NCBI GenBank assembly: GCA_002633005.1
Contig: NMRA01000238.1
Span: 372,001 to 436,000, forward strand
DNA: 64,000 bases
From: Phoronis australis
Taxonomy: Eukaryota; Animalia; Phoronida
Reading direction: 5' to 3'
Shown here: positions 1 through 11,385 of the stretch, piece after piece
Numbering within the stretch: the first letter of the stretch is position 1
How the letters are laid out: the number at the start of each line of letters is the position of its first letter
Program-made: the position numbers and the translations under genes
Notes under the pieces: model-generated
Told to the model about the DNA's origin: nothing
Databases searched by the model: none
Seen by the model: only the letters and a program-made list of their open reading frames with translations

Positions 1-575
1 AGAGTGTGTAATTAAGGTTGCACATAGACAGCACTGTCATGATTTCAGCCAATTTTAATTGGTTGAAATCGTGACAATTTAAAAATTGCAGAGATTAGAG
101 GTCTAAAACCTGTGCCTACGTCAACTGCATTTGTGGTGTTTTCATTAGGCTACAGATAATGTTCTTTCATTTTGAATATGACAGAGCTTGTTTCTAATTG
201 ATGTGGTAAACGTTTGATGGTATTCTTAATATCTAGAAGTAGTCATTTTGAGACATAATGATTCTAATACAGCACCTTGCCTGTGATGGAAGTAAACACC
301 AGGAGAATGGAAAGTTTTGAACGTACTGAAATTTTTAAATGCATGAGAAAGTGTGCGTCTAATGGGGGCCAGCCTGTCCTACTCTGATAGGGGAGAGGTG
401 TTGAAACTGGCTGACATTTAGAGAAGCATAGAAATTTGTTAGAAGCATTATGGCTGGAGAATTCAAACTGCTGTTTACAGTTACTGAAAATTTGTTGAAA
501 ATTGACTGAAATTATTGATAAATCTCTGTTATTTTAATACCGATTATCACTTATGAAAATGTCAATAATTCATAG

Positions 576-727
576 GTATGGTGTGGACTGACCAATGACG
601 GTGAGCTGATAGCTGTTAAACAGATTGATTTGAATATTCATAACTGGGAGAAGGCGGAGCAAGAATATGATAAGATACAGGAAGAAGTAGACTTATTGAA
701 GACACTCAAGCACAAGAACATTGTGGG
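576..727 (+). CDS. MAP3K19: MAP3K19-like exon (AVK subdomain II to IV)
   Basis: cataG|GTATGG...GTGGG|gtacgt; [51 protein letters not shown]. Confidence 0.9.
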
Positions 728-3700
728 GTACGTTGAAGTTTTACCGTAGCAAGGTTACACCTTACAGAAAAGAAGCTTGGAAATAACTAATCCAGTGTTC
801 TAATCAGGTGTTTAGAACATGGAGAGCCACTTCACTTGAGTTTTATGCCACCACACTAAATCGGGTTGCCATGCTTATTTACGATCTTTGTTCTTAAACC
901 CAGTTTCAGAATTCAGATATAAAAGGCCAAGGTAATTACTAGAAACAATAATTTCATGACTTCAATTCGCTCTCTGCCTATTTCTTATTTCCCTTGTGAA
1001 TCATTCACTTAATGAGTAAGACAATTTTCCAGGTCGAAAGTCTGAGAATATGTAATAATTTCATTGGGAATTTGTGGCAAATGCAACATGGCGTCTCCCT
1101 CAAGATTCATACGCCCTGCATGAAAGTAAGAGTAGGGATATGGATGTGATTAGGCAGAATAGTTCACATAACACAAACCTGTTGAAGGCAAACACATTGA
1201 AACAGAATTGTCAGTGAGCAAACTCTCTAATATATTCTTCATAATTCAAAGAGAATGATCTTATGATTTTAATTTTTTGTTTTCCAGATTCAAAATCAAA
1301 AGATGCTAAATATTTTGTTTCTTACACAGATTCCTGGGCACAAGTCTTGATGACAGTGTAGTAAGCATCTTCATGCAGTTTGTGCCAGGCGGATCTATAG
1401 CCACCGTATTGGCCAGGTTTGGAGCATTAGATGAGACGGTCTTCTGGAAATACACCAAACAGATACTGGAGGGAGTCGTGTACATTCACGCCAATGACGT
1501 TATTCACAGGTAACTTGTTATATCATTCACAATGTTGATTTTGATGGGCAACTCTTTCCTCGTAGATGTTCTGCAGCAAATGTCTGTGATATGTTGTGCA
1601 GGTGTGAAAACTTTAATCAAAAGAGATTAAAGCAGTAACAATATTTTTTTCAAAGATATTTGGTTTTGGTTCTTATGTGTAAAGTGATTTGCAAATTTTT
1701 ATTGTTGTTTCAGGGACATCAAGGGAGGAAATATCATGTTGATGCCAAATGGCGTCATCAAGTTGATTGACTTTGGCTGTGCCAAGCGACTGTGTCTTCA
1801 GCTCAGTGCTAGTCAGAGCAAGATTCTTAAGTCGATGCGTGGGACGCCATACTGGATGGCACCGGAGGTCATTATGGAAACTGGTCACGGCAAGAAGTCA
1901 GACATCTGGTGAGAAAGCAGAATTATGAAGTTGTGTCATCCTTGAAAAATCAGCAATAGAAAATAACATCTGGGATATGGCTTTCTTGAAGAAAATCCAG
2001 AAATATCAGTTTTTCTGCCAAAACCTCATTTTTGGGATTACCAATAGACGGATAGGCTTTATTTGGTTTGACCAGAACTTCCAATCAAAAAACTTCATTG
2101 CGTTTTTTGTTTCTTTATCATCATTGTCTGACGGACTTCATGGACCTCAATGCCATTTAAATATGCTTAAAATACTCAGCTATTTTCCATCTGAGTTTTG
2201 ACTCAATGTTACAGCATTTGTCTGCTGCTGCGGAGTTTGTGGGTTCGACTGCATGCTACTGCTACTTTCTGTAAAATTCATTTTCTCACCGATAATGTCT
2301 TTTTTAAATTCAAAGCCTTTAGGTATAGTTCACACTTTTAATCATTTTCATGAACATATTTTAAGTAAAAGGTCACACTATTAATGCAAGAAATAATTTC
2401 TGTGTGTTATTATTTTTCGTTTCTGCATCATAAATGAACTTTATGGCAAAATTACCAAGATATTACTAGAAATTACGAGATGGATTTTTGTTTTGCTGAG
2501 TATACCCTAAAACAGCAGTGCCAAGTGGCCACGGTGTCTCCCTGGACACGATCTGTTTACTTAGAAATTATGTAATTTTGCTGATCTGGAAAGGTGTTGA
2601 CCATATTTTTGCATCCAGTTGAAGGAGGTCAAGGTCAAAAAGTATGTTGTATACTCTTCTAAAAATGTTTGAAATTGTGAACGGACTCAAACATTCTGTA
2701 CATATGGAGAGTTATGAGCTCAGCTAGCTGTCTCAGGTGGAAGTGTGTTGATCACAAAGCTCACTTCATGCCGTGGAAATAGGACAACATTGTTAACACC
2801 TTGGCATTAGCTGTGTGCTCAACTAAATGTTACTTGAGGCAGTGGGCTGAGCTCATAGCTCTTTGTATATGCTCAGCCGTTTGACTACATGAAGAGTACA
2901 AGAAATGTATTGTGTTATTGCAAGCCACTAGTTATTGCTGTTCTCTGCCAAACACTTACTGAAATTCAAGGCCGGTGACTTTGCCTGTTAAATAGGCTGA
3001 AGTTGCTGTGCCATTTGTGTGAGTGAGATTTAGCTCAATCAGCAGAGCATTTTGTTGCTGCCTTAAAGGTTCAAGGTTAGAATTCACACAAGGCATGTTC
3101 TTAGAAAATCACTTTTCTGGCAAATGACGGTCTTTTTAAGGGAATGGTCCAAACTCTGACCACACCTCTCCTTTACACTCACTTTACCCACTTCTTGTCT
3201 TTGTTAACATTCTTGGCTGTCTCTGGCACATGTCCAACAGAGTTGAAATGCTTGTGTTGATTATTTTCAGGAGTATTGGCTGCACCGTGTTTGAGATGGC
3301 TACCAGGAAGCCACCGTGGTCTGACATGTCTGCCATGGCAGCCATATTTGCTATCGGACAGGGCACCACACCTGTGCCTCAACTGTCTGAGAAGTTCAGT
3401 GAAGAAGCTCGAGGGTTTGTCAGCACCTGTCTCACCAGGTAAAATGAAATGGTTATGAAGTAGCCATAATTTTGAACAACCTACTAGGGTTTTTCCATTG
3501 GCCGGGCCACAGTCTTCTAGATTATGTTGATGCTGTGAAGGCACAGTGTAAAGAAATGTGTTGATGAACTCATGAATATTGTAGTCGGTCAGGAATGAAT
3601 TGAAGTTATCACTTATCACTGCCTGGTCTATGGTTGTCATGGTAACAGAGTCAGATTATATTAGATCTAGAAGATTCACAAGGTTTGACCTTAGGTGAAT

Positions 3701-5631
3701 CGGGCCTCGGTTAGAGTCCTTGGCCAGTCTGGGGTGAGATATAGTTGGTCAGTTTTTAGTGACTTGATCACTGAGATACAGTTCTTACTTAGACCACCCT
3801 TTCTACTTGGAAGTCTGGTCAGAGTACTCCGAGATCATCCAGTTTTGAATTTTTAAGTTTATTGAATTTTTAAGTTCATTCCCATTTGACAATAGTCATA
3901 ATTTCCCAAAAAAGAAGAAATTCATGGTAAATCTGAACCCAATATGAATAGCTAATTCCTTGATAGCATTTGAATACAAATGCTGCAGAAAAAAATCAAC
4001 AAAATAACTTAAAGCTACTGTAGGCTGTGAGAGTATGTGAGGACCCTTGTGGAAAGCAATGATGAGTACTGATAAGGCTACTCTCATCTATATTTTTCTC
4101 ATTTTTTTGAGATGTCTTTGGGAATCCCAATGTGTTTCAAAAATCACGTATTCTGGTGGGGATTTTTGGTGTTCTTCACAACGTCTTTGCAGGTTAGAGG
4201 TAAATTTTCAATGGTGAAGAATTGATTGAACTTACCATTGTGATATTATTCATACATATACTTTGGTTTTGTGTAATCTCTGGATTGTGTTGATATTTTT
4301 CATTTGTTGTCTTCAGTTTGATTTTTGAACCCTGGACACATTTGTACATTATGGTGGGCAAGTGAATTCATTAGTAGATGCAGCACTAATTTAAATGCTT
4401 TTCCGTGTTCAATTTATTTAGTACATAGGTCCATTTCGGGTAATTGTTTTTGTCTAAAATTGATCAGATGTTGCTGTCGTCTGTTTTTGAAGTTGTGTTA
4501 ATGGTCTCATTTCTCTCAACATTTTATTGAATGGTAGACTAGTTATCTACTGAACTGAGATGATTTGACACTGTTGTCTTGTGTGGGTTCATTGATGCGT
4601 AGTAAGGTTTCAGTTACAAGTGATCTTGTCTGCTGCATTATTTGTACATTTGCGCATGATCCAGATATCTAAATATAGTAAAAATCATTAAACTTGGCTA
4701 AGGATAGTTTCCAACTGGTCTTCATGTGGGTGTGTGTGTTGCATCAGAAGGCCGGATATTATGGTCAATTTATCTTTTAAATGAACAAAGTTGATCCATT
4801 TTTAGATTTTACAGTGTTATATTAGTCGTAGTGGTTTTGCAAGATGAGGCATTGTATACATAAACGCAATCACGGTTGTTGATTTCCTGTCTTAGAAACA
4901 TCTGTTGGTTATTAGAAGAGCAGCCACAGGACTGCAGTAATTGATTTTATATTTCTCTATGTGCACAGTTTCTATTTATAAAGCCTGAGGTGAAAATTAT
5001 TAGAAGTCTGTTGAAAATTAATTTTCTGATAAAAAAATTGTTCCTTAACTCAATGCTGGTATATTCAATTGTACTGAGTTAGTGAATACTTAAGATTGGC
5101 CTAAGATGATGGACAGGGTGATATCATGCTGTTAAACTCCCATTCGTATTACTTATGAAAAAGTCACGTTCACAATCACTGTATTGGTGCTTTGAATAAC
5201 CACGCTTAGCCTAGGCTCTCTAAGGATTGGATCATAGCGGGGAATCTATTCAACTCATGTCCACGGCTGGCGCGCCATGTACCGGTCAGTTTGTGATCAA
5301 ATCATGGAATTTAGTTACGAAGTAATTTAATGTATTTTGGCTGTGAACTTTGTAATTCATGGCCATTCAGTCATTTTTCAGCAGCAGCTATTTTAATAAT
5401 GTGTTCCAAGGAGTTGTACAAGTGTTATCACTAATGGAATCTTGCTTCTTCTCGCCCTAAACTGGCATGCCACTGATAACATTATACACAATTCTGTTGG
5501 GTTGTTTGAGTGTAAATAATGACTTGTTATCATGTCATTTTCATTGTTGTAGGGACCAGAACCAACGACCATCAGCCTCCGAACTCCTGGAACACCCATT
5601 TATCACCAAGAGGAAGCACTCTACCAGTTGA
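576..5631 (+). CDS. MAP3K19: MAP3K19/YSK4-like STE11-family Ser/Thr kinase, 5'-partial (C-terminal kinase domain; exons 576-727, 1330-1509, 1714-1908, 3271-3438, 5553-5631)
   Basis: Five GT-AG exons splice in frame to [121 protein letters not shown]..STS*. This closely matches the MAP3K19 kinase domain as recalled. The Gly-loop exon lies upstream of the window. Confidence 0.9.
1330..1509 (+). CDS. MAP3K19: MAP3K19-like exon
   Basis: cacag|A...CACAG|gtaact; [60 protein letters not shown]. Confidence 0.92.
1714..1908 (+). CDS. MAP3K19: MAP3K19-like exon (catalytic loop, DFG, APE)
   Basis: tttcag|G...TG|gtgaga; [49 protein letters not shown]. Confidence 0.93.
2700..2871. mobile_element. Palindromic MITE-like element in kinase intron
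   Basis: catatggagagttatgagctcagctagctgtctcaggt is inverted as acttgaggcagtgggctgagctcatagctctttgtatatg; inner arms gttgatcacaaagct and agctgtgtgctcaac also pair. Confidence 0.6.
3271..3438 (+). CDS. MAP3K19: MAP3K19-like exon
   Basis: ttttcag|G...AG|gtaaaa; [39 protein letters not shown]. Confidence 0.92.
5553..5631 (+). CDS. MAP3K19: MAP3K19-like terminal coding exon
   Basis: ttgtag|G GAC CAG...; [25 protein letters not shown] then TGA at 5629-5631. Confidence 0.9.
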
Positions 5632-5950
5632 CTGGGTTATCTCTGTTTGAACAGAACCAGGAGTTTCCATTTCCAGGAGCCTAGGTTCAACTGTTTCAGT
5701 CTCTGAGCTGCGAGAGCTCTCACTCTCTCATCAGATAGAAGAAGCCAGCTGAGAGTTGTGTCTGCTTTTAAACGGAGACAACTAGGAGCTTGATGAGACT
5801 ATATTCCTTGATCATCAGTCTGAGCCATTGGAGCAATCAGTTACCATGAAAAGGAAGCATGCTGTCAAATTATAAAGGTGGTTCTGTTTATATTCGTGTG
5901 GTCATGTCCATGCTGAGATGAATGCCTGTGTGTCCCCTCTGAAGGAGAGT

Positions 5951-6361
5951 NNNNNNNNNNNNNNNNNNNNNNNNNNNNNNNNNNNNNNNNNNNNNNNNNN
6001 NNNNNNNNNNNNNNNNNNNNNNNNNNNNNNNNNNNNNNNNNNNNNNNNNNNNNNNNNNNNNNNNNNNNNNNNNNNNNNNNNNNNNNNNNNNNNNNNNNNN
6101 NNNNNNNNNNNNNNNNNNNNNNNNNNNNNNNNNNNNNNNNNNNNNNNNNNNNNNNNNNNNNNNNNNNNNNNNNNNNNNNNNNNNNNNNNNNNNNNNNNNN
6201 NNNNNNNNNNNNNNNNNNNNNNNNNNNNNNNNNNNNNNNNNNNNNNNNNNNNNNNNNNNNNNNNNNNNNNNNNNNNNNNNNNNNNNNNNNNNNNNNNNNN
6301 NNNNNNNNNNNNNNNNNNNNNNNNNNNNNNNNNNNNNNNNNNNNNNNNNNNNNNNNNNNNN
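5951..6361. other. Assembly gap (N run)
   Basis: Run of N. Confidence 1.
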
Positions 6362-6950
6362 AGTTCCTCCAGTGTCCATCTGTGCTGGCAATCCTGCATT
6401 GCTGTAGTGTAGCAATCATACATTGTAGTAGTGTTGTAATCCTGCATCCTACATTCCAGTAGTGTAGTAATCCATACTCTACAAAACAGCTCACCAAAGA
6501 GAATGTAAGGCTCATGTGGTCAATTTGTGTCTCTCCGGCCTTAGAAGCTTCCAGCAACTTCAAAACACTATTTCATTTGTTTTTGGCTATTTTGTATACA
6601 TTTTTATCAGTGGAAACATTGGACTAATATGGAAACATTTCAGACATTATAGCCCTCTATCTATTTGCTTATTTACTATCAAAATTCTATGTTTGTAAAA
6701 AGTGAATTTCATTGTCCTTCTGTTTTGCTGGTCCTTTTGTTGTATGCTGTTAGAAAATCAAATATTAAACTTTGGTGTAGCTGCCAAGCCTGGTGGATAA
6801 AAGTACAAATTCATCTTACTTTACAAAGAAAATAGTCAAGATTCCGCACAAGGCTATATTCATGTACTTACAAGCTTTGTAATTAAGTTTGTGTGGGTTA
6901 CTGACTCGTTGGTCAAGAACTGTGACTAACCTGCAAAGAAGCCCTTTTAA

Positions 6951-7447
6951 GGTACGTAGGAACCTAGAAAAATGTCCAAATTTGGCAAACTTCAGAACAT
7001 CATATCTCAGAATTGTATGATCGGTGTGTGAAACTTTCAGATACTAGGCTTTATGCATTGTTCTCCAAAACTCTGTTAGGAATTTTTTTTGATGTTCCAC
7101 CATTGCATGAAGAGTTATCCAAACAAATGACCTTTTATGACTTTTTGAAAATGAAAACAAAATTATAATTTAGAAAACTGTAACGGCGTTTGTGGAATGT
7201 TTCTATGCGAAGACATTTGGTCATGTTATTGATAACATTGTTTTGTTAGGGATGTACCTTTCTTTTTTGCTAAATTTCACTAAAAAGACGTGATGTGACC
7301 TAATAATGGTAAATTGGTATACATGTAAAATCGAGCATCAAATTTTACTGGTTTTCTACTTTTTCTACTTTCAGAAAATATTTACTTTTACTTGATAAAA
7401 GCTATTATGTTGCAGACATTTGTCTGAATACACAGCCCTACATAAGC
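6951..7447. mobile_element. Non-autonomous DNA transposon, TTAA-flanked (Kolobok-like), copy 1
   Basis: TTAA|GGTACGTAGG...CCTACATAAGC|TTAA short imperfect TIRs; body similar to 54297-54710. Confidence 0.55.
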
Positions 7448-10239
7448 TTAATACATGCATCTCAGGCAAAACCAATTATCCTGTCTAGGTAAGCTGAACA
7501 CATCCCTAGGATTCTTTGACTTGATGATGCTGGCTGTGTAATGGAGTTTCATTAATGAGGGGCTTGAATCTTCCACTAATATTCACGAAAGTATTGTGTG
7601 CTCTATGAGAAATTTTCATTGAAATTCATTTTAACTAACCATTACTTGGGAATATGTTATGACTTAACTAAATTAGATTAAAATGCAATTTATGCATTTT
7701 TTTATGAAGATTAAGTGGAAAGGGTGCTCTGGCGCCTGCTGATAGGAGGCTTGTCACTATAAAAATTGTCACATGGCACAACTTGCTGTGATGTGATGGT
7801 GCCAATAGTTGTGTTATAGATATAAAGCTAGTCCCAGTCAGTTAAGTAGTCTTAGTCTGCAGTCTGTTAATATTCGTAGCAGTATTAGAAATTTGTGGCC
7901 TGTTTGAAATTTCATGTAGGGTTAGTTTATCAAGGTGTGTCGTATTTATCTAAGCTGGGTGTGTTTGCATTGTGAATATTTCTGTTTCTGTTTCTTTTTT
8001 TTAAACCAACTCGAATTGGGTCACTAATTTTAGTTGTGATGGATATATTTTTAGTAAATGATAACCACATTATGCAATATGTGGCGTGGTTAATGTGTTG
8101 ATTGGATAGATTGTACCTTTACTATTCATTAAGTAGTGGAGTTTTTTATTGTCTTTCTCAGACATTTACTTTTTTAATTAAACTCAGTGGTTTGACTTTT
8201 ATTTCATTTGTATAGAATGTAGTCAGTGACTGTGGCTATTAACTGTTGTAGGCTTTTCATGTTTGAAATTTTAATCCATGGCTAACTACTGCCTTCTGTG
8301 AGTTCATCTAAACTTAGACTTAGCCTCAATGCTTGGTTTGCTTGGCTTTGTCTTGTGGAAGTTTCCTGTTGCAGCTTGAAATTTGGGATTTGTGAACGTT
8401 TGCCTTTAAAATTTATCACTCAGTTCTCCCCTCTCCATTCCTCCTGACTTTGGGCCTGTAATGTTTTCTGAATGTGTGATTCGTGATCTGTGTATCTTTC
8501 CCCAGTTGTTGCTGTTTCATAGTAGAGTTGGGCAGTGTTTTAGTTGTTCTTGACTAATGTTAATATGTATTAATCTTGGTATTAGTGAAAATAACAAATG
8601 TTAAAATGTGTTGCGATGGTGTTGAAAGCAGATGTAAAGCTGGTTCACTGAATATGTGCTTTCCTTACCCAGGAATTTTCATTTTCTTAAGTAGACTTTT
8701 ATTTTTGTTTCCATGCAGTGTTAGATTATCTAATGATAAGCTACAGTTTAGTAGCTTTGTGCAGGACCCTGCCTCATTGTTATGGGGACATTGCTCTGGA
8801 TGTGGCGGNTGTAATGCCGTGATGGGGAGGGGGTGTAATGCGGTGGAAATTTTAGGGACATGCCAGATCAATGGAAACTTGTGGCAAGCAGCAGCACAAA
8901 AAATAAAATTACAAGAGCCCCTATACTTTCTGGCCCAATTTTGGTTTTACTCATATTTTATCTAAGTGAGGCTATTTCGGTGTCTTGATATTCCGATAAT
9001 TTCTCAATATTTTTTTTCAAAATGTTGAAATCGGATCTTTCTGTGGAAAATGAATTTCGCAGGCTGTAAGCCTCTGGTAATGCTTCTAAAAAGACTTTTT
9101 CCTGGAAATATGGGAGCTCCGGTGATGTCACAAAATGGCGTTCACTGAGTAGTCCTCGATCCATCAGTTTTCTACACCCACATCTTACAGAACAGCTTTG
9201 AACTGGAAAACAGCTGTTAATAACCAAATATGATTTGATTGAATTGACTTTGAACGTGTTTACTGTGTCATTTGTCTGCGTCTAATCGATTGTTTTTATG
9301 CGCATCAGCTGAGACTGCAATAGTAATGCTTGTGTAATCCAACACATCAGTTGTCATGTAAACGTAAATTGGGCTAGGTCGGGGGTGTTGCTGTTTTTGT
9401 GTTTTGGAGTTTCTAATTTATCCAAACATCCTGTTTGGGTGTAAATTCAGCGAACCATCTACGTAACCATGCTATCTCTGTATGTCGCAAGTGTTTCCTT
9501 GTTGAAAACCGCTTGAAAACATTGGGAGCCACGTGAGAAATACTTCCATAATATTTGCTGTCCATCTTGTTGACAGGATTTTAAGGTTTTCCTTTTGCTC
9601 TCAAACTGATCAAAATTCTTGCATTAAATTCTTTGGTCTCTGTGGATAGTGATTGCTCAAAATGTCGTGAGACGAGTTGACGGTTGCTGCACGAGTTTTG
9701 TGCATTATGCAAAATTAATTATTTAAACGATGACGTCTTCAGCTTAGCTTTTCAGTTTGATGACGTTTTTGTCCGGTTGTATCACGTTAATTGGTTATCA
9801 GTGGATGGAGAGAATTTTTGTTATGGTGCTATTTGCATAATTATTTGCCGCAGAAACTTCGGCTATCGTGCCCAATTGTACGTTGAAATTTCGTGTAGAT
9901 ACTAATCTGTTATAAGGACAGTGGCATGTTAAACCCTTCCAATATGCCTAATATTTTTACTTGTAATCTGTATATCATTCCATACCATTTTATGACCAAT
10001 GCTTATTTTTTACTCTGGTGATTCGCCTAAGCATTGCAAGATATAGAATAATTTTATAAATGTATTCGAATTTTTATGTCGTTGTAAGAATGTGTAAACC
10101 TTTCGGAATTAAAGTGGGAGTTTTCGTAAGAAAATATGAAGTAATTTATTTGGGATTTTTGTATTAGTTGTTTTTTCTATTTTGGGATAATATTGTTTTG
10201 TATATTCTGTGTTTTTCAAGCCTTGTATTGTTGTCTTCC

Positions 10240-10245
10240 AATAAA
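10240..10245 (+). terminator. Probable poly(A) signal of the kinase gene
   Basis: AATAAA followed about 20 nt later by U/GU-rich ctgttttgttgttg; T/G-rich UTR-like composition ends here. Confidence 0.5.
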
Positions 10246-10325
10246 GGAATTGGAAACATCCACATCTGTTTTGTTGTTGCTGAAATACTCAGTTAGGTTA
10301 GGTGGTATTTCGTGGTTTTAATGGC

Positions 10326-11385
10326 TAACTTCAACGGAATTTTATTCTAAATGTTCTGGGCTAACCAGGTAGTCCTAGCAAAGCCTTAGTAAAGTAAGAG
10401 AACGCGAGCTTAATCACGCAAATGTAGGTCCTTCAAATGATGGGTGAAGCTGACTTTTCGTGCCATATTGCGTCACCGCGAGATCTCAGCACAAACAACA
10501 TAGGCCGCTAGCAGTTGTATTGAATAGGGGTCTGAATAGAACACCATTGTGTGCGAGTGTAGTTTGCAGCTGTTTTCTCGCTGTGACGAAGACAGAAGCA
10601 AACCAATTAGTATGAGGGGCGGAAAGGAAAAAATGTGGAAAAATGAAAACTAACCCCGTTTTGTAAATTCAACTTTATTTAATAAATTCGATCCTGTTTA
10701 AAACAATTGAATCCTGTTTTGTAAATCTAATACTACTTAAAAGTCATTCCTCTTTTGTAAATTCAATTCTTTATAAAAGATTACCCTGTTTAGAAGCGAA
10801 CCTGTTTCGAAGAATCGAGCGTGTTTTATAAAATCGACCCTGTTTTGACAATCCTGTCGGCGATTGACAAAACTAACCCTGTTGCGAAAATTGACCGTGT
10901 TTCATTAAATCGAGTCTGTTTCGTCAACATTGTTGTCGATTCCTACAGTTAACCCCGCTATGAAAGACCGAGGCTCGCATAAGTAATAACGCCACTCCTT
11001 CCAATTTAGGCAGATCCAGTTAATGCGTGTAGCTTGAATCTTTATAAAAGAAATGAATCTTCTAAGCAGGGTGGATTTTGAATTGAATTTTTGAACTAAG
11101 ATGAATTATAAAACAGGTTTGATTTTTATTTTAAATTGGGTTGGATTAATTAAATAGGATTGAATTTACGAACAGGATTTAATTTTATTTTAAATAGGAT
11201 TCGGTTTATTTAACAGAGTTTATAAAACAGTTGGTTTTATTTTTTCACAATTTTTGCCCTTTCCGCCTTTCATACAATACGCCCAACAGTTCGTTACATT
11301 CGATAATTTATGGCACTAGTGGGCTCAGCGTGATCCTCTAACATATACTGTACTCAGGAACCAAATTTACAGGTGTTACCGTTTA
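10326..11385. repeat. Dispersed repeat, copy 1 (split by insertion at 10610-11275)
   Basis: 10326-10609 plus 11276-11385 align colinearly with the uninterrupted 51931-52313 (e.g. tagtcctagcaaag, gcgtcaccgcgagatc, aatttatggcactagtgggct). Confidence 0.75.
10610..11275. mobile_element. Foldback/MITE-like element with long imperfect inverted arms
   Basis: Left end GTATGAGGGGCGGAAAGG, right end CCTTTCCGCCTTTCATAC; internal ~20-bp subrepeats (taaattcaatcctgttt-like) invert orientation mid-element. Confidence 0.7.

Noticed and set aside
5629-5706. Stop-codon read-through of the kinase (UGA-C context, 24-aa extension ending FSL)
   Set aside because: Context is UGA CUG G, not the strong UGA CUA G motif; no recognisable targeting signal and no conservation evidence.
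5865-6563. Long ORFs spanning N runs (also 36043-36415)
   Set aside because: Artefacts of translating through assembly gaps.
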